Positions 19,380 to 27,961 of a DNA stretch of 42,342 nucleotides are shown piece by piece. The notes under the pieces were generated by a model, which saw only the letters and a list, made by a program, of their open reading frames with translations, had not been told where the DNA came from and did not search any database. The stretch's first letter is position 1. Each line of letters starts with the position of its first letter. This DNA is from Thermoanaerobaculia bacterium (GTDB lineage: Bacteria; Acidobacteriota; Thermoanaerobaculia; Multivoradales; JAHEKO01). The translations under genes and the position numbers were made by a program. Location of the stretch: positions 1-42,342 of the forward strand of contig JBFGLX010000002.1 of assembly GCA_041575955.1 (NCBI GenBank), in the 5' to 3' direction.

Positions 19380-20551
19380 GTCCACGTCGCCTCCGCCGAG
19401 CGGTGCGCCGAGCCCGCGACCCGGCGATAGAGATCGACGAACGCCGGAACGGTCTTCCGGAGATCGAATCGGTCGAGGAACATCTCGCGGTTCCTGCCGC
19501 CCAGGGCGCGGCGCATCGCCGCGTCGGTCGCGACCCTGTCGAGCGCCTTGGCCAGGCCCTCGACCGAGTCGGGCTCGACCAGCAACGCGCCGTCGCCGTC
19601 CGGGAAGATCTCCCGCACGGAGGGAATGCTCGTCGCCACGACCGGCAGCGCCATCGCCATGGCCTCGAGCACCGCGCCCGGGAAGCCCTCGAGCCGCGAT
19701 GGAAACGCGAAGACGTCCGCGGCGGCGAGAAGGCCGGTGACGGCGTCGACGTGTCCGGCCACTCGAATGTGCTCGCTCAGCTCGTGGCGGTCGATGAACC
19801 CGGCCAGCTCGCCGGTGCACGGGCCCTCGCCGCCGGCGATGATCAGTCGTACCGGCAGCCCCGCCGCGAGCAGGCGGCGTACGGCTTCGAGCAGGACGAT
19901 CTGGCCCTTGTGGAAGGTCTGGCGTCCGACGTTCACGATCAGGATCTCGTTCTCCCCGATGCCCCACCCGAGGCGCGCTTCGGCACGCTCGCGTCGGCTC
20001 GGCTCGCCGAAACGCTCGATGTCGCGCCCGCGCCGGATCACCGTCACCCGCTCCGGCGGCAGCTTGAGCCGCCTGACCGCGGAGTCCTTGGCGGCCTGCG
20101 AGACGGCGTGAAAATGCTCGTTCAGATGGCGGCCGGTCCAGCCGTCGATCCAGCGCACCGCGGTGAAGCGCCAGCGGGGGAGTCTGGGATCCGCGAAGCG
20201 CTCGGGCTCGTAGCTGACGCTGACCAGGCTGCTCAAGACCGGGATGCCCGAGCGCCATGCCGCCAGGCGGCCGACGACGTCGGCGTAGAAGAGGGTCGTG
20301 TGCAGCAGGTCGGGCCGCCAGTCGAGGAGCCGGTGGCGCAGCTCGGTGCAGCGCCGGGGCCAGCCGCCCGGCGGCAGGAGCTCGACCTCGGTGCCGCTCG
20401 CGCGCACCAGATCGGCAAATCCCCGCTCGGGCTCCGACAGCACGAAAACACGGAGCTCGAGGCCCGCGCGCGCCAGGTGGGGCAGCATCTCCGCGAGCGA
20501 CCGCTCCGAGCCGCCGGCGCCGAGGCTGTCGATGAGATGAGCGATCCTCAA
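19376..20551 (-). CDS. Family 4 glycosyltransferase (first gene of the minus-strand operon)
   Basis: 391 aa with a TTG start at 20551 (MRIAHLIDSLGAGGSERSL). The C-terminal motif is DVFAFPSRLEGFPGAVLEAMAMALPVVATSIPSVREIFPDGDGALLVE. Confidence 0.88.
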   Translation of the reverse strand: MRIAHLIDSLGAGGSERSLAEMLPHLARAGLELRVFVLSEPERGFADLVRASGTEVELLPPGGWPRRCTELRHRLLDWRPDLLHTTLFYADVVGRLAAWRSGIPVLSSLVSVSYEPERFADPRLPRWRFTAVRWIDGWTGRHLNEHFHAVSQAAKDSAVRRLKLPPERVTVIRRGRDIERFGEPSRRERAEARLGWGIGENEILIVNVGRQTFHKGQIVLLEAVRRLLAAGLPVRLIIAGGEGPCTGELAGFIDRHELSEHIRVAGHVDAVTGLLAAADVFAFPSRLEGFPGAVLEAMAMALPVVATSIPSVREIFPDGDGALLVEPDSVEGLAKALDRVATDAAMRRALGGRNREMFLDRFDLRKTVPAFVDLYRRVAGSAHRSAEATWT

Positions 20552-20613
20552 TGTCGACCTCGAGATCGCGGGCGGGTGTGGACATTTCGGCCGCCGGATG
20601 GAGAATGGGCGCG

Positions 20614-21510
20614 ATGGGCGGGAATCGAGCAGCCGAAAGCTACGCGGAGCGCCGCTCCCGCTTCGAGCGGTTCTTCGACGCCGCCGGGCGGCGCCTGGTC
20701 TGGGTCGGGGCCGCGGCGGACGCCGAGTTCTGGGATCGCCGGTGGCTGGAGGGCGAGCCCGTGGCCTACGACGTCGAGCCGAGCCGGCGCGGCCTGGTGG
20801 TGCGCGAGACGACGAGGTTGGTAGAGCCGGGCGCGTTGATTCTCGAAGGCGGCTGCGGGCTGGCGGTCGAAAGCTGGCGCCTGCACCGGCTCGGCTACTG
20901 CACCCTGGCGCTCGACTACGCGCTCAAGACGCTGCGCCAGGTGGCGAGCCAGGTCCCCGAGGTGCGCCCGCTCGCCGGTGACGTCGGTGCGCTGCCGCTT
21001 GCCGACGGCTCTGTCGACGCCTACTGGTCGCTCGGGGTCATCGAGCACTTCTACGGCGGTTACGGCGCGATCCGCGACGAGATGCGCCGGGTGGTGCGAC
21101 CTGGAGGCCACCTGTTCCTGACCTTCCCGTCGATGAGCTGGCTGCGGCGCGCGAAGGCGCGGCTCGGCCTCTACCCGCCGTGGACGCCGTCCGAGGGCCG
21201 TCTCGAGCGCTTCTATCAATACGGCCTCGCCGCCGACCGGGTGGCCGAGGAGTTCGAGGCCAGCGGCTTTGAAACGGTGCGCACAGCGAACTACCTCGGT
21301 GTCAGCGGATTGTGCGAGGAGCTCGGCGCGTTCGGCAGGTCGCTCGACCGCTGGCTCACGGGCCGGGCCCGGCACAGACGGCTTTTGCGCGCCGCCCTCG
21401 ACGCCCTGGTGCGGCCGGTCAGCCACCATATTCATCTGCTCGTGCTCCGCCGATCGGCTTCCTCGAGCGGTGGAGCGGGCGCCACGCCGCCGCCACCAGC
21501 TGGCGAGTGA
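20614..21510 (+). CDS. Class I SAM-dependent methyltransferase
   Basis: Motif I is LILEGGCGLAVESWRL, post-I is TLALDY, and a further motif is VRPGGHLFLTFP. The start is chosen at the ATG at 20614, which has GGAGA about 9 nt upstream. ATGs at 20551 and 20605 are alternatives. Confidence 0.8.
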   Translation: MGGNRAAESYAERRSRFERFFDAAGRRLVWVGAAADAEFWDRRWLEGEPVAYDVEPSRRGLVVRETTRLVEPGALILEGGCGLAVESWRLHRLGYCTLALDYALKTLRQVASQVPEVRPLAGDVGALPLADGSVDAYWSLGVIEHFYGGYGAIRDEMRRVVRPGGHLFLTFPSMSWLRRAKARLGLYPPWTPSEGRLERFYQYGLAADRVAEEFEASGFETVRTANYLGVSGLCEELGAFGRSLDRWLTGRARHRRLLRAALDALVRPVSHHIHLLVLRRSASSSGGAGATPPPPAGE

Positions 21511-21614
21511 GGAGAACGAATCCAAGGGGGATCTGGCCGCCGCCGAGCCACGCGACCCCCGCGGCCGATTTCGAAAGAAGAGACGCGCTCGGTGGGGGCT
21601 TTGCGTTTGCAGGC

Positions 21615-22379
21615 TCAGGGACGAGAGGGAGTGGCCGGCGGCAAGTCTTCCTGCTCGACGATCTGGGTCATGACCGCGGCGCCGGCGATCGCGCCGGCGG
21701 TCGGTAGCACCCAGTCGGGCAGGAGCGCCACGACGCAGGCCCGGCAGAACTCGTCCGCGCGGATGACGTCGTCGTGATCGATGCGCGTGACGATGCCGTC
21801 GCAGAGCCAATGGTAGACCCGCTCGCCGTACTGCTCCTCGTGGGTCTCGCCAATGGTCAGGTTTCGCGACCAGCCTTGCTCGAACTCGTCGAGCTCGACT
21901 TCGCAGTCGTCGGAGTCTCTCACCTGCACGAGGCGCGTCGGCGACCTGGCGAGGCGCTCGCCCGTGCCGTCGTGGACAGCTACGTAGTACTCGGCAAACT
22001 CGTGCTCCTGGTCCTCCAACAGCTCCTCGAGCCACTCGCGGTCGTGGCCCTCCATCCAGTCGCGGTGCTGGAGAACGTCCCACCACTCGTCGTCCAGCTC
22101 GAGCTGTTCCCGATCCTCGGGCTTGGGGAAGACCGTCCAGTAGCGGCCCTCGCCCTGGGCGAAGAAATAGTCGTAATAGAAGGCTCCCTCGGGGTTGAGG
22201 CGTCGGAAGTAGAGGCGCACCGTGCTGCCTCCGGTCTCGGGGGAGACCGAGGCCCGGATCACGGCATTGCGCTCGTTGGGAAGGCAGTCCGGTTCGCTCA
22301 CCTCGATCTTCGGCCCCTCCGCGAACGCGGTGGCCGGCACCAGGGTCGCCAGGAGTGCCAGCAAGAAGCGCCATTTCAT
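21615..22379 (-). CDS. Secreted or membrane-anchored acidic protein of unknown function
   Basis: The ATG at 22379 is preceded by GGAGG. The signal peptide is MKWRFLLALLATLVPATAFA/EGP. The central region is highly acidic and Trp-rich (DDEWWDVLQHRDWMEGHDREWLEELLEDQEHEF). There is a C-terminal hydrophobic segment (VVALLPDWVLPTAGAIAGAAVM). I recognised no family. Confidence 0.6.
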   Translation of the reverse strand: MKWRFLLALLATLVPATAFAEGPKIEVSEPDCLPNERNAVIRASVSPETGGSTVRLYFRRLNPEGAFYYDYFFAQGEGRYWTVFPKPEDREQLELDDEWWDVLQHRDWMEGHDREWLEELLEDQEHEFAEYYVAVHDGTGERLARSPTRLVQVRDSDDCEVELDEFEQGWSRNLTIGETHEEQYGERVYHWLCDGIVTRIDHDDVIRADEFCRACVVALLPDWVLPTAGAIAGAAVMTQIVEQEDLPPATPSRP

Positions 22380-22470
22380 CGGATCAGATACCTCCAGAGC
22401 TCTCTTCGCTCGTAAGCCTAACGTGGTCTCGAGCAGGTTCGTCAAGGACGTATTCCGCACGCCGCTCGTG

Positions 22471-23451
22471 TCAGCCCGCACTCTCCTCGCTCAGAATGCG
22501 CTTCATGTACCTGCGCACTTCGCGGTTCTGCTTGAGGGCGGGCAGCGCTCGGCGCAGCGTCGTCGCCGCAGCGTCGAGCTGATCGGTCTCGAACAGGGCG
22601 ACCGAGAGGTAGAAGAGTTGCAGCGGCTGCTCCTGGATCAGCTCGCCGACCCGGTCGTAGTAGCGCACGGCATCCGCAAACGAGCCGCTGCGGGCGGCGA
22701 GAGCCGCGGCCACCCTCTGCATGTCCGAGCGCTCCGGGTAGCGATCGGCCAGCTCGCTCGCGCGCTCGAACCCCGCACGGAGCTTCTTGTCGCTCGCCTT
22801 GCCGGACGCCAGCCGATCGAGGCCGTCGAGGGCCGCCAGCTCCGTGGCCGTCGGCGCCGCGGCCGCACCCGGCTGGCGGCACTCGCCGTCGCCCGTCCAG
22901 GAGACGCAGAGCCGAGGCCGGGAGATGGGCTTGGCTTCGACCGGCCCGGCGGGGACCCGCTCGACCTCGACCGGCGTTGCCTGGACCGCGGCGACCTCGA
23001 CCGGGTCGACCTCGGCTGCCGGCTCGGCGGGCGCTGGCGCCGGTACGGCCCCGAGGATGGCGGTCCCCAGGTGGCTCCGCGCGGCGGTCTCGAGCTGGCC
23101 GCGCACCTCCGCTCCGAGCGCGGCGCTCGAGTAGGAGCGGAAGCGCGTCTCGAGCTCGGCCAGCCGGCCGTAGGAGTGCGCGAAGCCCTCGAGATCGCCG
23201 GCCGAGCTCTGGGTCAGGGCGAGGTGGGCGAGCGCCCGCGCCAGCTCCTCGGGCGTCTCGAGCAGCCCGAAGGCGGCGATCCGAAGCTCTTCCCGGGCGC
23301 GCGAATGGTCACCCCGCTCGTACGAGCGGACGCCCTCCTCGAGCAGCTGCCGGTAGAACGGATCGACCTCGGCGCCGAGCGGCAGGCACGACAGGAGAGT
23401 CACCGCCAGCCAGGCGATGCCGGTTCCGAGGGCGACTCGCGGTCCGCTCAC
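22471..23451 (-). CDS. Putative lipoprotein with TPR-like helical repeats
   Basis: The GTG at 23451 overlaps the Wzc stop (GTGA). The N-terminus GIAWLAVTLLSCLPLG carries the lipobox-like LLSC. Helical repeat regions flank a Pro/Ala/Val-rich linker. Confidence 0.6.
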   Translation of the reverse strand: MSGPRVALGTGIAWLAVTLLSCLPLGAEVDPFYRQLLEEGVRSYERGDHSRAREELRIAAFGLLETPEELARALAHLALTQSSAGDLEGFAHSYGRLAELETRFRSYSSAALGAEVRGQLETAARSHLGTAILGAVPAPAPAEPAAEVDPVEVAAVQATPVEVERVPAGPVEAKPISRPRLCVSWTGDGECRQPGAAAAPTATELAALDGLDRLASGKASDKKLRAGFERASELADRYPERSDMQRVAAALAARSGSFADAVRYYDRVGELIQEQPLQLFYLSVALFETDQLDAAATTLRRALPALKQNREVRRYMKRILSEESAG

Positions 23452-25736
23452 GCGGCCGACCCCGGAGCCCGGTCCCGAGTCTCGGAATAGGCCTCGTAAG
23501 ACTGGTAGCGGCGACTGTAGGTGTCGCCGGTAAGAGGGCGATAGCGGTTCAGCACAGCGCCGAGAACGCGGATCCCGCCGAGCCGCAGGCGCTCGGCGCA
23601 GCTCTCGGCATCCTCGCGCAGGGTCTTGCTGGCCTGGAGGCAGAGGACCACGCCGTCGCACTGGGCGCCGATCACCATCGCGTCGGTGACCACCAGCGCG
23701 GGCGGAGTGTCGACGACGACCAGCTCGAAGTCGCTGGACACTCGCGCCAGGATGTCCGCCATCCGATCCGAGCCCAGCAGCTCGGACGGGTTGGGCGGGT
23801 GGGGTCCGGACGGGCAGAGATAGAGGTTCTCGACCTCGGTCGGGATGTAGAGCGCCGCCGGGTCGGTGCCTTCGGCGAGCAGGTGCACCAGACCGACCGA
23901 GTTCGACCGGCGGAAGATCCGGTGCAGTCGCGGCCGCCGCAGGTCGCCGTCGATCAGCAGGGTGCGGCGGCCGAGCTGGGCCATGACCGTGGCCAGGTTG
24001 ACTGCGGTGGCGGTCTTGCCGTCTCCCGACTCGGGGGAGGTGATTGCGATCAGGCCCAGCTTCTCGGCGCTCGACAGAAGCAGGGCGGTGCGCATCGAGC
24101 GGTAGGCCTCGGAGACCGCCGAGCGGGGACTCCGCTCGGGCAGCAGCTCGATGTCGGGCGACTCGTCGCGCTCGTCGATTCGGGCGACCTTGCGGGGGTC
24201 CACGCCGCGCGGTCGGGTGGCCGCTTGGTAGTAGCCGTAGCGGGCGCCGCCGCCCGGGAAATCGACGTCGGGAACCACCGCCAGTACCGGCAGGCCGAGC
24301 CTCTGTTGAAGCTCGGTCGGGTCCTTGACCGTCCGATCGATGAGCTGCAGCAGCAGGACGAGGCCGATCCCCAGGCTGATCCCCAGCGCGAACCCGACGG
24401 CCAGGTTGCGCCCGAGAGATGGGCGAAAGGGGCTCAGCGGCGTCAGCGCCCGATCGATGACCCGCATGTTGGTCTCGCGCTCGGTCTGCAGCCGGGCCCG
24501 AACGCCCGCCTCCGACAGTCGGCGGAGCATCTCCTCGAGTAGCTTGCGGCGATTCTGGATCTCCATCTCCAGATTCCGGAACTCGACCGCCGAGGCGTTC
24601 CGGTCCATCGCCTCGGCCTTGACCCGGGCGATCTCCGTCTGCAGCGACTGCTCGCGCCGCAGGGCGGTCTGGTACTCGGCGTAGGCGGCGCTGCGCGCCT
24701 TGCGCGCCTGCTCCTCGATCAAGCTGTCGAGGTGCTGCCGCCCCTCGTCGATCCTGGCCTTGAGATCGACCATCTCCGGCCACTCGGGTTTGTAGGTGCG
24801 CAGGCGCGTCTCGTAGTCGGCTTCCAGCTTGAGTTGCTCGCGCCGCAGCTCGTTGACCAGGCCGCCGGATTCGCGGTTGGCCAGAGCGTCGGCCGGCGAC
24901 TGCTTGAACTCGTCGTAGCGAGCCTCCTTCTCGAGGCGGCCGTCGAGAGCGTCAATGAAGTCCTCGTTCAGACGATCGAGCTGCTGCAGGGTGACGTTGG
25001 ACTGCGGATCCAGGTTCAGGATGTCGGTCGAACGACCGTACGTCTGGAGCTGCTGCTCCTTCTCGTTGATTTCCTCCTTCAGGGTGTCGATCTGCTTGCT
25101 GAGGAAATCGGAGGCCCGTCCGACGGTGGCCGACCGCGTCTCGATGCCCCAATCGATGAAGGCGTCGGCGACTCCGTTGGCGATGCGCGAGGCGAGCTCG
25201 GCGTCGGAGCCGACGAAGGAGACGCGCACCAGCTCGGTTTCCTTGATCGGGTCGACGCTCAGGCCGGAGAGGACGCGGTTGGCGAGCCGGGCCAGCACCG
25301 CCTCGTCGGCGGCGGCGCTCATCTCGGTATCGGCCGCCGAGCCGGTCAGGAGCTGGCGCGGCGTCGAGTTGAAGCTCGTCTCGTCCATCAGGCCGAGATC
25401 GAGCACCACCCGCTCCGCCAGCCCACGGCTCTCCAGCAGGCGGTACTGGGTGGGGTAGTACTTCATGCCGATCCACGCCTCGAGCCAGGGGTTGGGATCG
25501 GTGGTTACCGCCATCGCGCTGCGCTGCTCGATCTGCAGGGTGGTGGTGGCGCGGTAGCTCTTGGGCGTGATCAAGAAGTGGATGAGCCCGCCCAGCAGGC
25601 AGAGGGCGGTCGCCGCCGCGATCAGCCGCCAGCGCTCGCGCACGATGCGCAGGTAGTGGTGCCAAACGAGGGCGCCGTCCTCTGCGCCGTCGGGTCCCGT
25701 GGCTGCGTACGGATCGATCGGCCGGCCGGCGGTCAA
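23448..25736 (-). CDS. wzc: Polysaccharide co-polymerase / tyrosine autokinase (Wzc/GumC/EpsB type, PCP-2a)
   Basis: 762 aa. It has an N-terminal Wzz-like TM plus coiled-coil periplasmic domain. Walker A is ITSPESGDGKTATAVNLA, Walker A' is LLIDGDLRRP and Walker B is ELVVVDTPP. The C-terminal Tyr cluster is RYRPLTGDTYSRRYQSYEAYSE. The TTG at 25736 overlaps the Wza stop (TTGA). Confidence 0.9.
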   Translation of the reverse strand: MTAGRPIDPYAATGPDGAEDGALVWHHYLRIVRERWRLIAAATALCLLGGLIHFLITPKSYRATTTLQIEQRSAMAVTTDPNPWLEAWIGMKYYPTQYRLLESRGLAERVVLDLGLMDETSFNSTPRQLLTGSAADTEMSAAADEAVLARLANRVLSGLSVDPIKETELVRVSFVGSDAELASRIANGVADAFIDWGIETRSATVGRASDFLSKQIDTLKEEINEKEQQLQTYGRSTDILNLDPQSNVTLQQLDRLNEDFIDALDGRLEKEARYDEFKQSPADALANRESGGLVNELRREQLKLEADYETRLRTYKPEWPEMVDLKARIDEGRQHLDSLIEEQARKARSAAYAEYQTALRREQSLQTEIARVKAEAMDRNASAVEFRNLEMEIQNRRKLLEEMLRRLSEAGVRARLQTERETNMRVIDRALTPLSPFRPSLGRNLAVGFALGISLGIGLVLLLQLIDRTVKDPTELQQRLGLPVLAVVPDVDFPGGGARYGYYQAATRPRGVDPRKVARIDERDESPDIELLPERSPRSAVSEAYRSMRTALLLSSAEKLGLIAITSPESGDGKTATAVNLATVMAQLGRRTLLIDGDLRRPRLHRIFRRSNSVGLVHLLAEGTDPAALYIPTEVENLYLCPSGPHPPNPSELLGSDRMADILARVSSDFELVVVDTPPALVVTDAMVIGAQCDGVVLCLQASKTLREDAESCAERLRLGGIRVLGAVLNRYRPLTGDTYSRRYQSYEAYSETRDRAPGSAA

Positions 25737-26581
25737 AAGAAGGACTCCTTGATCACGACGACGTCGCCGTCACGCATCTCGATGTCGGCGTCCTTGCCGG
25801 CGAGCAGCCGCTTGTAGTTGACCACGATCTCGTCGACCTGGCCGCCAGCCCGCTGGCGTCGGATCCGGATCTTGGCGGCCGCCCTGTCGGTGAGGCCGCC
25901 GGCCTTGGCGAGCACCGCCAGCAGGGTGACCGTTTCGCTGCTGCGAAAGGTCACCGCTCCGGGAGACTGGACCTCGCCCAGGCAGAAGACGTTCACGTCA
26001 ACCGCCACCGGCACGTTGATCAGGTCGGCGGCGAAGATCGGGATGTTGTAGCGGGCGTCGCCCCGCACCAGCAAAGAATCGAGGTCGATGGTCAGCTGGT
26101 CGGACAGGCCGTTCTGGGCGCGACGCAGGATGTGCACACGATCGCCGTGATTGCTGGCCAAGCCACCGGCCGCGGTCAGCGCCTCGAGTAGCGTCCAGCG
26201 GCCGGAGAGTTCCAGGTTGCCGGGCGAGTTGACCGCCCCGATCACCGAGGTCGGCTGAGAGCGGAACTCGCTGATGCGCACGGTCACCGAGGCCCTCTGT
26301 AGATAGGAGCGCTCGAGATCGGCCCTGATGCGGGCCGCCGCCTCCTGCTCGGTAAAGCCGCGCACGGAGAAACTACCCAGAAGTGGCAGGTTGATCGTGC
26401 CCTCTTCGGTGACTCGGAGGTCGACGTTGAGAGTCGGTTCTTCAAACACGCGAACTTCCAGGAGGTCCTTCGGCCCTATCCGGTAGCTGCTGGCCGCGGA
26501 AGGCTCTTGAGCGCCGGCCGGGACAGCCAGACAAGCAACCAGACTCGTGACGGCCAGGCCGCCTGCAATCCTCGCCATCAC
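25733..26581 (-). CDS. wza: Outer-membrane polysaccharide export protein (Wza-like; Poly_export + SLBB)
   Basis: Motifs are YRIGPKDLLEVRVFEEPTLNVDLRVTEEGTINLPLLGSFSVRGFTEQEAAARI plus SLBB-like GDRVHILR and DGDVVVIK. The N-terminus carries a lipobox-like LVAC. The start is the GTG at 26581 or the ATG at 26578. Confidence 0.88.
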   Translation of the reverse strand: MMARIAGGLAVTSLVACLAVPAGAQEPSAASSYRIGPKDLLEVRVFEEPTLNVDLRVTEEGTINLPLLGSFSVRGFTEQEAAARIRADLERSYLQRASVTVRISEFRSQPTSVIGAVNSPGNLELSGRWTLLEALTAAGGLASNHGDRVHILRRAQNGLSDQLTIDLDSLLVRGDARYNIPIFAADLINVPVAVDVNVFCLGEVQSPGAVTFRSSETVTLLAVLAKAGGLTDRAAAKIRIRRQRAGGQVDEIVVNYKRLLAGKDADIEMRDGDVVVIKESFF

Positions 26582-26597
26582 TCTGGCTCTAACAGTA

Positions 26598-26611
26598 GCC
26601 GAAATTTCGGC
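26598..26611. promoter_or_regulatory. 14-bp perfect palindrome in the AT-rich spacer between the OM-barrel gene and wza
   Basis: GCCGAAATTTCGGC is its own reverse complement. It lies in the 67-nt intercistronic gap 26582-26648. Confidence 0.25.
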
Positions 26612-26648
26612 GGATCTTTGTGAAGCACTCCACTGCCTAAAATGAGGG

Positions 26649-27926
26649 TTACCAGGGCTGGAAATCGCCCCCGAGCCGCAGTCCGAGATGGACGACCGCG
26701 ACCGAGCGGTCGAGACCCGGCTGGTTGGAGTCGAAATCGGTGCTCGAGGCGGCGAGGGTCAACAGCAGCCGCGGGGAGGGCTCGAAGTCGAGCTCACCGC
26801 CGAACGACGTAACGTCGTCTTCGCGGGACGTGACGGCTCGGGAGACGCTTCGGTAGCGGTTGGACCCGGACTCGCCGTAGGCGCGGACGTGGAAGCGGCG
26901 GCCCCAGGGAGTGCCGACCGAGAGTCCGACCCGATCTTCGGCAAAGAACTGATCGTCGCCCGCGATGGAATACACCAGGCTCCGCGCGCCGTAGGCGTCG
27001 AGCTGTAACCGATGCCCCGCCTGCCATCCGGCGCGCAGCGAGCCGGTCAGCTCCGAGAACGTCCGCCGGCTCGGGGCTTCGAACTCGACCTCCCGCTGAA
27101 CGGCCGAGAGCGCCAGACTGAGCCCCTCCCGGTGGTAGTCGATCTCCAACAGCGGCCCGAGGGCGGTGTTCGAGCGTCCGAACGGATCGAGCGGGAAGTC
27201 GGACTCGGAGCCTTCGGCGCCGAGGCCGATCCGTAGATCCGACCTGAATCGGTAGGCGAGCCCCAGCCGACCGATCGCTTCGTCCCGGTCGAGCAGCTCG
27301 ACCCGGATCGGAGAGCGGTTCCCCTGGTGCTCGAACTCGCGCGCCTCGATCGCGCCGAACAGCTCGAACGGTCCGCGGAAGTCGACGGCGGCTCGAATCG
27401 AGGCGCGGTGGGTCTGGATGTCGAACGGCACGAGCGCCTCCGCGTTGAGGAACCGCTGGCGCTCCTCGCGTCGAGCGTCGGCGATCAGCGTCAGGCGGTT
27501 GAAGAAGCCGAAGACGCCGGCGCCGTAGTTGAGCCGCTCTTCGCGGAGCTGATCGAGGTCTTGCCACCAGACGTACTCGGGCAGCAGGTAAGCCGACACG
27601 ATCACGTCGGGGCCGAAGTTCGAATACGCGACCAGCCCGGCGCCGACCGTGGCCGTCAGGTCGGAGATTCGTTCGCCGTCGTCGCTGGCGCCGAACACGT
27701 TGTCGTTGTAGCCGACGTCGCCCACCCTGAAGCGGGGGTCGAGCTTCAGCGCTCCCAGGGTCCAGCGGGCAGCTTCTACACCTGCCTCGACCCGCTCCCG
27801 GGTCGGCTTCTGGGGCACCCCAAGGCTGCCTGGAGCCGTGTACTGCGGGAACTGGGCGTCGACGCTCGCGGCGCACGACAGACCCACTATCAGCAACCGA
27901 GTTGCGACGGAAATATGCATGTCCAT
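26649..27926 (-). CDS. Outer-membrane beta-barrel protein (EpsL/BBP2-like)
   Basis: The ATG is at 27926. The signal peptide is MDMHISVATRLLIVGLSCAASVDA/QF. The body has alternating strand patterns and Gly/Asp/Arg turns, and the C-terminus ends in an aromatic residue (GGDFQPW). Its position upstream of wza-wzc fits this role. Confidence 0.7.
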   Translation of the reverse strand: MDMHISVATRLLIVGLSCAASVDAQFPQYTAPGSLGVPQKPTRERVEAGVEAARWTLGALKLDPRFRVGDVGYNDNVFGASDDGERISDLTATVGAGLVAYSNFGPDVIVSAYLLPEYVWWQDLDQLREERLNYGAGVFGFFNRLTLIADARREERQRFLNAEALVPFDIQTHRASIRAAVDFRGPFELFGAIEAREFEHQGNRSPIRVELLDRDEAIGRLGLAYRFRSDLRIGLGAEGSESDFPLDPFGRSNTALGPLLEIDYHREGLSLALSAVQREVEFEAPSRRTFSELTGSLRAGWQAGHRLQLDAYGARSLVYSIAGDDQFFAEDRVGLSVGTPWGRRFHVRAYGESGSNRYRSVSRAVTSREDDVTSFGGELDFEPSPRLLLTLAASSTDFDSNQPGLDRSVAVVHLGLRLGGDFQPW

Positions 27927-27961
27927 GGGATAATCGGGCTTCGGACCGTGCGCAGGCTGCA

